Shown here one piece after another: positions 52,259 to 64,000 of a DNA stretch of 64,000 nucleotides. Below the pieces are notes generated by a model. The model was not told the DNA's origin, did no database searches, and worked only from the letters and a program-made list of their open reading frames with translations. The DNA is from Camelus ferus (Eukaryota): NCBI RefSeq assembly GCF_009834535.1, contig NC_045697.1, positions 19,842,001 through 19,906,000 on the forward strand, written 5' to 3'. How positions within the stretch are numbered: position 1 is the stretch's first letter; each line of letters starts with the position of its first letter. Position numbers and translations under genes: made by a program.

Positions 52259-53548
52259 GATACAGAAGCTGTTACTAATTTTAAGTTAAATTCTATATTT
52301 CATATTATACCCACTAATTGGTGGCTTTGATAGCTGATCTCCTTCTCAAACACTCTTCTCATTGTAATTCCCCAGTTGATGAATCTCTACCACATACTAG
52401 AACTCTCATTGTGCCTTATCAAAATGGGAAGTAAATATTTAAAAAATTCTCACTCAAAGATTTAAGTTTTGGCACTAAAGTTTGCAGGTAATTCATTCAA
52501 TTGTCAGAATCTTTCTTTTTCTTTTTCTTTTTTTTAACTCTATTTTCTCCAGAATTCTTAGCTAAATTGTACATCCCATGTGCTTTTAGCTCTCTGTGGA
52601 CTAAAAGATGATGATGGCACAAATGTAAACTTCTTTACACAAAGGTCATACCAAAAGTCATTGTAATTGACTAGGTGGCATCTGCTGGCTCAGTGGTACA
52701 AGATTGCTTTCATTCATACCCTGCAGGTTTATGTCACCAGCTTTCCCAGCAAGGTACTTCACAGGCTGACCTCCTGTCTGAAAATTCATTTGAAATTCTT
52801 CACCTGACTACAGCCTGTCAAATGGAGTCAGATAACTCTAGCCTAGTTTTAAAAAAGAATAAAAAATCAGACAGAGATGAGGACACAGGGAAATAGCTCC
52901 GAAGGAACATTCAGAATGTATTGCTCATTGTGCACTTAGAAGAAACTACATTCGTTTGGAGAGCCAATGCTATTAGGTCGATGTACAATATTGAAATTGA
53001 TTTAATAAAGTAAATGACAAGTTTGCCTTCCGTCCTTTCCCTGTATGGCTGTCAAGATTCAGATAGTGCTATTTCACCTTGTTTTGTCAAGTATCCAGAT
53101 GATTTAGCAAGATTAGATCATTAATGACCCCAGCCCTAGAACAATGAGAGAGTATTATTCACTGCTCCATCTTACAGAACTGCTGTGTGTTTAAAGTGTG
53201 TGAACAGCCTTGAATAGCAGAGGTACAGAGGCCTGAGCATTGTTATAATTTGAAGATGAGCTGGCATTGGACCAACATTTTATAGTTCCCAACTTTTTTT
53301 TCCCCAGTGCTGTGATCTTCCATGGTTCACACAGAAGTCTGAGGAGATGGGTGGTTAGGGAATAAGATGAGGGACCTAAGAGTGTGTGGTTAAATGTGTT
53401 GCATGGCTCCCCTCCCTACGCCCACGTCCCCTGAGCATTAGTGGGCTGCGTGAGCCACCTGGAGATGGAGATAAAATGTAACTAGTCTATCAAGACTTGA
53501 AGCTGTCTTCTAGGTATTTAAGTTTTATTAAGAATCTAGTATGCACCA

Positions 53549-53714
53549 AGAGGGGAGGGTATAGCGCAAGTGGTAGAGTGCATGCTTAGCATGCACAAGG
53601 TCCTGGGTTCCAATCCCCAGTACCTCCTCTAAAATTAAATCAATCAGTCAATAAAACTAATGACTTCCCCCTGCCAAAAAAAATATTAAAAAATAAAAAA
53701 AGCAGGATATCTAT
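53549..53714 (+). mobile_element. tRNA-derived camelid SINE (Vic-1 type)
   Basis: ggggagggtatagcgcaagtggtagagtgcatgcttagcatgcacaaggtcctgggttccaatcccc (A and B boxes), A-tail, and perfect 17-bp TSD gaatctagtatgcacca (53532-53548, 53715-53731). Confidence 0.93.
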
Positions 53715-55739
53715 GAATCTAGTATGCACCAGATAACATACTGAACACTTTCATATTCCATCTTGACAATGACTCTGCAAATTTGGTACTATTATCAGTA
53801 TATGAGATGAATCAACAGATTTAATGCAAACATTTTTAAACAAATTAACTGCTAAGCAATAGATTAATAGTTTAATAAATTTACTTTGCCTATTTAACTC
53901 TTGAAGATACTGAGGGCACAAAACAGTTAATAATTTGGTCAAGGTTAAATTAGTTTTCCCTTGTTTTATATAGTCTGGCCAAACTCTTTAAGTTACATAC
54001 TATCTCCCCTTGGAATTAGATTGCCTCTAAAAAGGGCCTCTAACGTGTAATGACTGAGATGTGGGGTGTATTGTCATGTAGCCCATTCTGAATAATCACC
54101 TGATGCCTATTTTCAGTTGGAATTGACAAAAAAAAAAAAAAACTTGTTTGTATTTGATACATCAGAATTTTTACCTTTGGAGGAAGCAAGCACCCTGGCC
54201 ATGGCTCTGTGACTAAAGATGTCTACTAGGTGTCCTTACTAGAGGCACTAGACACTTAGATCCTCTAGTGTCTAGTAGCTAGAAGGTCTAGATACTGGAG
54301 AGCACAGTGCCGCAGGTCATCTCTAAATTCCCAATCCCGCTTCACTCTGATGTGATGTCCAATAGTCAACACCTTCCAGTTTCTCTCTCTCTGATTCCTG
54401 CCTGAATTCATCTACATTTGTTCCCATTCTGAAGTTTAATATATTGGTGTTTCAACATATGTCTGAACTTTTTACTACAGTAATTTTTTTCATTCTTGGA
54501 ATACCCTTCCAGCCCTTCAGGCAGCACAAAGCCTTCCTCAGGTGCATTCTCTGCACTCTTGATAGTGATTTCTCACACTTTGATGGCATCTAGCCATATG
54601 CTACCTGGTGCCAGTTTTTATTTTGTACCTGATTCCTGTCAGCATGTAGGTTCTTGATGATGATGATGATGATGAAGATGATAAAAGATCACATTCAGTG
54701 AGTCTCTGGCATATAATGAAAACTCTACAAATAATATTTAACTACTACTATTGCTAAACACATTATATGTGTTATTTTGTTTAATCTCTGAAAGGTTAAA
54801 TTATTTCCAATTTAAATATGAGAAAGCAGAATATCAGAAAGACTAAATAGCTTATCCAAGGTCCCACAGCTGATGACCAAGGGGATTGATGTGAAAAACA
54901 AAATTTATTTAATTTCAAAACTATCTTTTTAGCCATCTTTTGTACTTCTTCAAGTGTAGAGACAGTGCTTTTTATGTCTTTGAGTACAAACTGGCCGACA
55001 CTGTCATTCACATATAGTCAATACTCAATAATCATAAAAATTTTAGATATTTTGTTGATTTCACTGACAAAAGAAAGTTTTACTATATTTAATACTTAAT
55101 TATCTTAACACCTGAATATTTAAGAAAGCAGCATAATGTGCTTGGAAAAAAATGAATGGATGAATGAGTAACTGTAAGCATACTCAGGAATTTCTCATTT
55201 GGTAATCTATTCCAAGAAACCCAATCCTAATTAAGAAAAAAATGTAGCGTTAAAAAAAAAGTGTTCATCATAACACTATTTAATTTTAAAATCTGGAAAT
55301 AGTCCATTCAGTAGATTAGTTTTTAGGTATTAAAATTCCATTTACAAGATGATGGAAATAACATGAAAAATGGAGTAATTCTGGTGCGTTTACCATTGAG
55401 AAAAATATATTTTAAAGATTCAGTAAGAAAATAAGTTAAAACTAAAGCCTTCCAAGTCTGTCACCAACTTCTAATACAAATACTTTGTCATGTGCCCCAG
55501 AACTCTTCACGTTTATGTATTGACCTTGAGGTTCAGCAACTACCAAGGACACAACTCCAGGGCTTCCCGACATCAGGCTGTGGACACCAGCAATCATCTA
55601 CCTCCTCCTCTAGACATTAAAAGCCAAGAATGGTCCTTCCTTGACTTTACGGTAATGCCATTTAGTTGGCAGCATGCCATGTATTAGCTCCTTGATCCCC
55701 CCCAGTGACCCTATAAGGGATCTATGCAAGAGAGACTTC

Positions 55740-56120
55740 CAATTTCCTTCCAGGCACACGGGAAATCTTCATTTCTAAGCCTCCTATGCAGTTCTGCGGA
55801 ACAATGTGACTGAGTTCTAGCCAATGGAAGGTAGTGAGGGGATGATGTCACTTCTTATTTGGCCAAAAAAATGTTCTGCAGTCTTCTGTGCTGTCTTCCC
55901 TCCATCCAACCATGGAGGCTAAAATCAGAGAGCTCCAAGAAAGCAAGAAGAAAGGAGGGAGATGCCCTGAATGCATCACTTAGGGGAGAACCACCTAGGA
56001 GAGCTGTCCAGTGAAGATAGCTGAATCGAATTTTGTGTGAAATGAAGTAAATACTCAAAGCTTGAAGATTTCAAATTTCATCTCTGCCATATCATGGTCT
56101 AGCCTTCCATATCCAATGCA
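55740..56120 (+). mobile_element. MaLR LTR (MLT1J-like)
   Basis: atgtgactgagttctagccaatggaa...gtcacttc...ttttgtgtgaaatgaagtaaa. Confidence 0.7.
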
Positions 56121-56612
56121 TTATCATTATCTACATGCTTCATATGAGGAAACTAAGGTGTAGAAATATGAAGAACTGGTGCAGGTATACATAGAAACAG
56201 TGAAGACAGAATAAATATAAAATCAGTCTGACATCAAAGCTTGCATCTGTTCCATTATAAAAATCAGTACTGTCACTTTAATTATAAACATGTATATATT
56301 TAAATAATAAAACTTGGTAAAAATTAGAAACTCAATTAATAGGGGAATAGGGAATATATTTTGTTAAAACTAAAAATAAAGTATTGCAGGAAACTGAAAA
56401 TCAGATTATAAAGAATATTTTATTAAAGTAAGGTCCATAGGAAAAGAAAAACACAATTAAGTGTATACATATGTGTGTGTTCTGAGTCCAATTTTGAACA
56501 TACACAACACAGAAACTGGCTTGAAATCAAACCCAGTAATATGTTTACAGTGGTTTTCCTATGAAAAGTAGGAGTATGGAACAGTTTTACTGTTTTCCTT
56601 TATTATGTATTT

Positions 56613-56756
56613 AAAAAAATTTTTTAAAATTTATTTTTTGAGGGGGAGGTAATTTGATTGATTGATTGATTGATTTATAGAGGAGGTACTAGGAATTGAA
56701 CCCAGGACCTTGTGCATGCTAAGCATGTGCTCTAGCACTTAAGCTATCTCCTCTCC
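56613..56756 (-). mobile_element. tRNA-derived camelid SINE (Vic-1 type)
   Basis: Antisense head and (ATTG)n spacer. TSD cctttattatgtattt / cctttatcatatattt (56597-56612, 56757-56772; 2 mismatches). Confidence 0.92.
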
Positions 56757-58057
56757 CCTTTATCATATATTTTTCAGTTTGAGGTAATTATATATTCCTT
56801 TTTAATCCAGGAATTATGTATTAGGTGGAAGATGTAGGCAATTTATACCCCTTTGACCTCAAGGCAACACTTGATTCACAGGTCCATTCATAATCCTCTG
56901 TGTTTCAGAAACACCTGAGTGCGTGGACGACAGCCACTTTTGTTGTCCCCAGCGGCCATGTTTGCAGCTGTTGATATTTTTCTGTCAAGAATCATAACTT
57001 TTGTTTTCTGTACTGAGACACCTTCTAAGTGGATCATGATGTGTGTCATGAATATCTTTTATTGCTGTGCCTTCGTTGAACTAAAGTGGGTTGCTATTAG
57101 TTAAATGTAGGCAATGTGTACATTTCTTTCTTTTTTTTTGCCAAATGATTGTGACTATATCAACATATATATTGTTTGGGTATTTTTAATTTTCAGTGCT
57201 GTCTGGAATGTTATACAAGCCTTCTGCAAACTCTTGGGATGATTTAATTCCTATATAAAACATTGTGGGCAACTTTAGTGCTGACAAACTGTCCCAGGCA
57301 AAAAGCTCAACAGCAAATCAGTCAAAACTAATCCAAGGTTCATTAATCACTTAATATGCAGAACCAGCGTTCCCATAACTGCCTTCTACAGAAGAGAGTT
57401 AAAATGGCATTTCTGCTGTTCTCAGTACCTGATTCTTCAGACTAAGGGAGAATAGGATATTTCTCCAGTTGGTTTGCAGGCTATAGACGAAACAAAACAA
57501 AAATCTTATTTAGAAAGGATTATTCTATTTTCCCTTACTCATATTAATATCCTGATGTTCTAAGTGAATTTCTTTTTAATAATGTGAAACTAATCTTTGT
57601 CTTTATTGTCTTCAGAAATGTTTGCTTTTGAAAACAGAGCCAGCAATAAATGTCAAACATGAAGTTTTACCCTCAAAAGTTCTCTCTGGAGGGATGGGGG
57701 TGTTTATGAATTTAAGTCAACCAAGACCAATTTTAGGACTTACAAAGAGCGTTCCTTAATCCTTTGAGTGAAACAACAGACACGTAGCCAAAAAAAATTA
57801 GAGATCTGGACTAAAAAGTAGAGAACCACCATTCTGTTCTTTATGCTAATTCTATTAGCATTCTATATCTATTAATTTATTAGTTCTGTGTTTGGCAGTT
57901 GGTATTTTAAGCAGAAATTATTTCATCAACTGTTGTTTTATTCTCAGTTTAATATAATTTTTTAAAAGTTACTATTCAGACATGTTATGTTTATCTCAAT
58001 GAGAGTTTTAGCCAAGTATCAGGTTTTGACTTCATTAATTGAATCAGAAATAGGTAG

Positions 58058-58567
58058 TGTAGAGGAGACAAAGTTTTTCTTCCACCATCTAGGGTCTTCA
58101 AATGGATCTGAGAATTAAACTGACATAAGACACTAACAAGAGAAAAACACACAAGTTTATTTAATGTATGTTCTACATGACATGGAACCTTTCTAAGGAA
58201 AAGAAGACCCAAAGAAGTAGCAAAACCAGAGTGCTTCTGTATGAGCTTGAACCAAGGAGACAGTTGTGGAAAGGTAACCAAAATATATGAGGAGGCTATA
58301 GGTTAAGATTTAATTAGGTCTGTTTGTGCAGAATTCTCTTGGCCTCAAGTCTCTGTCTTTGCTGTTAAGAATGTTTCTTTCCTTCTGGTATGGGGAGGAC
58401 ATCTTACCTACGGGAGTTTTAGCCTCTGCTTTCAGGAAGAAGAAAAGAGGATTTCTCCTTTCTTCCAAATGATTTCTCACACTTGCTTTTTTCACAGTGC
58501 CTTTGGCTCCAGATAATTCTTATACCAGAGTGCGATATTTTGGGTTGGCATATTCTGCCACCTTTCA
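58058..58567 (-). mobile_element. ERV1-class solo LTR (MER34-like)
   Basis: The minus strand starts tgaaagggtggcagaatatgccaacccaaaatat (MER34 5' signature) and ends ..ctctaca. 4-bp TSD gtag/gtaa. Confidence 0.88.
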
Positions 58568-59889
58568 GTAATGACTCTGATACTTTGATATTTTGCAGTT
58601 ATTTTTTTTCTCCTTTAGTGTCTTTTCATGATTTGCCTTTATTCGTAAACTTTGTGTGCTCTCAGTCAATTGCTTCTTGGCTTTTAGTAGGCAGATTTCT
58701 TTCCTGTCTATACACTAAAATCATGTGTAGGGAGACAGATTTTGGTTCCTTTCATTACAAGCCATACTTGTTTTGACTAGTGGAAAACTATTCATAAAAT
58801 GATGGCGAGCCATGCTACACAAGTGTCTAGGGGTCCAGACAGTAGACTATGAAAAAATACATGCTTATGTCTTGCCCATAGCACATTGTAACAAAGTGAA
58901 ACCCATGGGCTTTTTTAACATCTCAGCTTCTTTATTTATAAACTGGGGATGATAAAAATGTCCTTATTATGACATTAGAAATCTTATGAGTTGTTGACAT
59001 AAAGACAAAATAATGCATAGAAAGTGCTTCTTTGCTACCTATATGCTATTACTATATATACAAACTAATTATTTAGTGTTCTCTTCTGGTCCTTATGTGA
59101 GCATTCCACTCCATCCACTATGGTAAACACACCTTTGTCAGTTCCTCCTCTGAAAACTATGTCCTTTTGATTCTACCAGCAGAGCTGTTACAGAATGGAT
59201 TGATCTAACTATTCATTCCAGTTTAGATGATTCATACATTCATTGCGCTCTTTGGAATAAATATGTTGAAAATAAATTAATGGTTAATAGTCTGTACAGT
59301 TTTAAGAATTCGTAAGTGATATCATACAGAGTTATCATGACTGTGTATAGTGAATTTGAGGCATGATAATTAATAGAGATTTGAGGATGATGAATTTCAA
59401 GTTGACTGGATTTTGCTCCACCAATAATCCTACTAAATTCCATTCTTGAGACTAAGTATGCAGCCCAGAATATACTGTTTCAGACAAAACATGAGGAGGA
59501 TTAAATTCAATTAAAAACTTTACCACATGACATCTTAGGTGACTAGAACAGCTTACCTGTCTTTCCTCTGTATTAATTAATCTCTTCTAGGTTTCCAGAA
59601 AGGGGAATACCAAGGTAACCTTGCATTAGCAATGAACAAAAAGGAAAAAAAAAATACTAATTTGCAGGAATAAGTATTTCACCAAGTACAATACTGTTAA
59701 AAAATAAGTGTGAGATCTAGTTAGAAAACAAAAAGTTGAATTGAGTTTTGTTTTAACTTTAGGGCCATTCTCCATCTTTAATTTATTAAATTGAATTGTG
59801 ACTTGAATTTAGACTTCACTATTCACCTTTTGCAAATTTCTACTGTATATCTACTAGGAATAGTGTTTGTGGAAAATGCTTTGTAATAT

Positions 59890-60320
59890 CTGGGTTTATT
59901 GAGTCATTGAAAATATGTATTGAAGTCTCTGTATGAAATATGCTGTTTCTGGTGCTGTGATTTCAGTGATGAGCAAGAAAGAGAAGATTTCTGCTCACAG
60001 AAAACTATAAACTGATGACAGAGAAAGGCAATTAACCTGTATTACAACAAAATCAGTCAGAATAGTGCTGAGTGTTAGGAAGTACATGTGATGGTGGAAT
60101 AGAATCTACAGTGACTGGAAGTGATGGAGTCAGGGAGCCTTGAATTGGTTGATTAGAGAAGGATATAATATTTTAGGCTGAATCTAAGTGGGTTCACTGG
60201 GGGAAAGAAATCTATCACTTTATGATTTGTGTGAAAATTATTCCAGGCAGATCAATATAGCAGATTCAAAGGTCTTGATGCTGTAGAAGTTTGTTCTAAG
60301 GATATACAAGATAGCTTGAA
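59890..60320 (-). mobile_element. L2 3' region
   Basis: ggtgctgtgatttcagtgatgagcaagaaag...ctgctcacagaaaactataa..; ttccaggcagatcaatatagcagattcaaaggtcttga. Confidence 0.65.
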
Positions 60321-60529
60321 AGCATGGGGGTTTCTCTTGCCAGCAATACAGCCACTCTGGGCCCGACAGTGAAAAACTTATCCTGGAAACTATTCCTCAC
60401 AGATAGCTCCTTATAAAATGATATACCTTGAGAGCAATGTTTATACTCTTTGGTCCTAGTTCATTATACATGTAATAAACACCTGGCCAAAACTGACTTT
60501 GTCAGAAGTATAGAATTTACATTTTATTT

Positions 60530-60530
<1 letters not shown>

Positions 60531-60570
<40 letters not shown>
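60531..60570. repeat. (CA)20 microsatellite
   Basis: Direct reading; lies at the edge of an L1 fragment. Confidence 0.97.
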
Positions 60571-60574
<4 letters not shown>

Positions 60575-60575
<1 letters not shown>

Positions 60576-61240
60576 ATACCAAGTCTTGTAGTTCCAGTCA
60601 TCTGCCGATGGACATTGGACATTTGGGTTGTTTCCATGTCTTGGCTATTGTAAATAGTGCTGCTGTGAACATTGAGGTGCATGTGTCTTTTTGAATGATA
60701 CTTTCCTCCAGATACATGTCCAGGAGTGGGATTGCTTGATCATATGATAAGTTTATTTGTAGTTTTTTAAGAAATCTACATACTGTCCTCCATAGTGACT
60801 GCACCAATTTATATTCCCAACAACAGTATAGGAGGGTTTCTGTTTCTCCACACCCTCTCCAGCATTTATCACTTGGCGAGTTTATTAAAAACTTGGTGGC
60901 AATTCTGACTGCTATGAGGTGATAACTCATTGTAGTTTTGATTTTTCATTTCTCTGATAATTAGTGATACTGAGCATTTTTTCATGTGCTTATTGGCCAT
61001 CTGGATATCTTCTTTGGAGATATGTCTGTTTAGGTCTTCTGCCCATTTTTTGATTGGGTTGCTTATTTTTCTGGTATTAAGCTATATGAGCTATTTGTAT
61101 ATTTTGGAAATTAGTCCCTTGTTGGTTGCATCATTTGCAAATATTTTCTCCCATTCTGTGGATGGTCTTTTCATTTTGTTGATGGTATGCTTAACTGCAA
61201 AAGCTTTTAAGTTTAATTAGATCCCATTTGTTTATTTTTG
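60575..61240 (-). mobile_element. L1 ORF2 C-terminal fragment
   Basis: ORF 60598-60930 (YHL..VR.A...KCWRGCGETETLLYCCWEYKLVQSLW...[25 protein letters not shown]) is the L1 ORF2 Cys-rich C-terminus. Confidence 0.93.
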
Positions 61241-61276
61241 TGGCCATATTCTCTTTATGCACATAATTTTTAAAAA

Positions 61277-61410
61277 TTATTTTTGTTTTGTGGGGGGAAG
61301 CAATTAGGTTTATTTATTTGTTTATTTATTTAACAGAGGTACTGGGGATTGAACCCAGGACCTTGTGCATGCTAAGCACGCACTCTACCACTGAGCTATA
61401 CCCTCCTTCT
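61277..61410 (-). mobile_element. tRNA-derived camelid SINE (Vic-1 type)
   Basis: gaggtactggggattgaacccaggaccttgtgcatgctaagcacgcactctaccactgagctataccctcc; TSD acataattttt(t)aaaaa at 61261 and 61411. Confidence 0.93.
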
Positions 61411-61429
61411 ACATAATTTTTTAAAAAAA

Positions 61430-61572
61430 ATATTGTATAAAGTACACTTAATGTGAGATTTGCCCTCTTGAGAATTTTTCAAGTATACAGTATATTATGA
61501 TTGGCTATAGATGTAACCACCATTCTACTCTTTAAGTCAGATTCATAGAATCAAAGAGCAGAATGGTGCTTG
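61430..61572 (-). mobile_element. Short inverted L1MA-type 3' end
   Basis: Antisense acacttaatgtgagatttgccctcttg..ttcaagtatacagta, followed by sense aagtcagattcatagaatcaaagagcagaatggt. Confidence 0.7.
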
Positions 61573-62507
61573 CACATGAATTTTATATTCTAATATGAAG
61601 GGTGATATCGTAAGCAAAGTTACACAGAGCTGACCTCTCTTATGCCCATCCTACCCTTACTTGCCTTTTGGCTCATGCACCCATCCCTGGGGCAGGAGGT
61701 TTTGTTAGTCCATCAAGGTCACATTGAAGAAGGCAAAAAAATTTAGGAAGAGGCCTGAGGCCGTTCTTTCCAGAAAAGAATGTGAGCTTGATAGGCAATT
61801 CATATCTCCAGGATGCATCCTTGTTGCATACTTCCTCGGTGTGACTGGAGAATGGTACTAGATATCCAAACAATAATGACCCAAAATAGTTTTCATTAAT
61901 CATACAACTTAGGCTAAATAGTGTTTTCTAATTTGAATATCTAGTAAACTAACTCAGTTCTTCACTCTGCCTCGTGTGTATAAGCATTTGTTCAATTCCT
62001 TATCTCTCAACTTCGAATAAGAACTTGATTTACTTTCTCCCTCAGGATATTTTTAAAAATAATTAAATGACAGGATATAAAAACATGTATTTCTTTTTTC
62101 TATTTAGATAAGTTCTTACATATTCAGACATAGAGGCATATCTCATTTTGCTGAACAGATATGTTTCTGAATAGTTGCCTATAAATCGAATTTCTATGTA
62201 TTAAAATTGATTTCCTTATTGGCTTTTATTATAAGATAAGATATGCCTGGAGATATACTCCTTTAGGGAATTAAAAATAAACTGGTCCTAAAATGCAAAT
62301 GACTGACGTCCAGAACTGCTGCAAAAATACTAAGACTCAGACATTTAAAGAAACGATGTCACTTTTTAATTTTAATTTTATTTAAAATAATAACCCAAAG
62401 AATAATTTTACTTATGGCATGATTTCTGGTATTCCATATCTTAAAAGGTGGAGGGTTAAAAATAAGATAAGCTACCTTGAAAAAAAGATGAAATAAAAAA
62501 TCCCTTT

Positions 62508-62650
62508 GGGAGGAGGATGTTTAGCTCAAGTGGTGGAGCACATGCTTAACATGCATGAGGTCCTGGGTTCAGTCCCCAGTACCTCCTCCAAAAATAAACA
62601 AATCAACCTCATTACCTCCCCACCAAAAAGCAAAAACAAATTAAGAAAAA
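62508..62650 (+). mobile_element. tRNA-derived camelid SINE (Vic-1 type)
   Basis: tagctcaagtggtggagcacatgcttaacatgcatgaggtcctgggttcagtccccagtacctcc; A-rich tail; degenerate TSD aaaaatccctt/aaaaattcctt. Confidence 0.92.
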
Positions 62651-64000
62651 AAAATTCCTTCCATCTTTTGCCAGCCTTTCTCTTCTTTGTTCTGTAATCA
62701 GAAAAGAAAATGCAACCAATTTGATTCCAAAGACTCCATACAAACTGGGAAAGCACGTTGAGCTGGAATAGTTGGAGACTCAGAAAGAACCTGTCCTAAA
62801 TGCAGCCGTAAGTGAACAACAGAGGCACGTTCAGGATGATGTGTAATTACTGTCAAATGAAGTATGACAGTTCATGTCTTGGCGTGAGTGAGGAGCCCAC
62901 GACGCAAGTGCTGATCTCTGCAACAAGTTCCTAATTCTCGGTAAATCAAAGGGCTTCCTTCACTGGGCTTCAATCGCTTGTCACTGAGGATAAGAGTCTG
63001 AGGGTAAGGGAAGGAAAACAGGTAGAGGAGGAGGAAGGGGTAACATCTGTATGAAAAACAAACTAGAGACTTTACAAATTCTACTTTCACATAACTCTCA
63101 CCGCACACCTGCTAGGGAGTTACCGTTTTTCAATTTATTGTTGTGAAAACCAAAGCCATTTAGAAAAGACCAAATAAGCCAGCATATAAATTCAGTGCCA
63201 TTAGACTGCATATTCTTACTCTTTCCAAATATCTTTCTGAATGTGTCTAATGTGTCTATGATCACAAAGCTGGATTGTTGAAACATGTCACTGGTGTGCA
63301 ATCCTGTGTTGTGTACAGCATTCCAAAGTGATAGGCAAAGACCAAAGAGAAATCAGCCTGTCCTCGCTTGAAAGATTGTTTTGGCTTCTGATCTCGTATC
63401 ATGATTGATACGTTAACTTAGTATATAGGCTTTATTTCTGTCACCTAAAAATGGAATCCTCGAGGAATTAAACTATATGGCACAGGTCTGTGGAAAGAGC
63501 AAAGCAACCCAGAACAACAAAACCAAACATCCAACTCAATATTCCTACTGAGAAAACTGCTTCTTTCTGTACTAAACCTTGGTACCTCGGAGGATATTTC
63601 TTACTTTGCCTTCTATTTCTGTCTTCCTTTGGGGGGAAAAACATACACTGGCATTTTACATTTTAGGAATCTTGAGAAATAATTAGACATCATTTGAGAC
63701 TCTGCTCATTCTCACAATATACTTATTAGAAATGGGAAGTGTGAGATTTAAATTTTATATTACTTCCAGAATAAATATTTTATTCAGTAGCAATAATGCA
63801 GAATCATGTAACTTCAAAATAGCATAATTAGTTGGGGCACCTTAGTAATAAAACCAAAAATGTGTATGTTCCAAGAATAAACAGTTACATTGGCTAAAAT
63901 ATCAGAGAGAACACGTCACCCTGTATTTTTTGATAGCCTAACATGACGGGGAATCCAGAAGTCCCTTGGGATCAAAACAGCTAATATTCTGAGTAATTAA

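Noticed and set aside
53552..53625. tRNA-like sequences with A/B boxes (also at ~5985-6055, 56685-56756, 61337-61407 and 62510-62585)
   Set aside because: These are SINE heads with tails and TSDs, not tRNA genes.
56909..57104. Possible acceptor tgtttcag followed by a short Cys-rich reading frame
   Set aside because: Frames terminate quickly, there is no donor, and I recognise no homology.
60598..60930. ORFs with real protein similarity (also 7414, 9388, 20431, 22623, 47271, 47547, 47867)
   Set aside because: All are frameshifted or truncated L1 ORF2 pieces. No intact, active L1 is present.
1..64000. Prokaryote-type systems (CRISPR arrays, operons, defence islands) or endogenous viral genes
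   Set aside because: The sequence is mammalian. I saw no regularly spaced repeat arrays, no long ORFs and no gag/pol/env or non-retroviral viral ORFs; the ERV traces are LTR-only.
1..64000. Inferring host-gene strand from L1 orientation bias
   Set aside because: L1 copies occur on both strands in similar numbers, so the signal is uninformative. The host gene, if any, could not be identified.

Overview
This is AT-rich, CpG-poor eutherian genomic DNA, either intronic or intergenic. It is very probably from a camelid (Vicugna, Lama or Camelus): it carries five tRNA-derived SINEs of the Vic-1 type with target-site duplications (TSDs), plus several young L1 3' ends of cetartiodactyl/camelid type. 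I recognise no protein-coding exon, RNA gene or CpG island. The ORFs in the supplied track are decayed L1 ORF2, other TE fragments, microsatellites or chance ORFs. Much of the window is transposable-element relics of many ages: CR1/L3, L2, MIR, MaLR/ERVL/ERV1 solo LTRs, hAT and Tigger MITEs, old and young L1, and SINEs. An ~8 kb multi-layer nested TE stack lies at 42.3-50.5 kb. I found no convincing new biological system. The most notable observations are mechanistic: three twin-priming-type inverted L1 insertions (one makes a ~700 bp near-spacerless L1 palindrome), several template-switch-like perfect palindromes, and a TE-poor block at ~15.9-16.85 kb with promoter and splice-signal features. 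Repeat subfamily names come from recall of consensus sequences, not from a search. Boundaries without TSDs are approximate.
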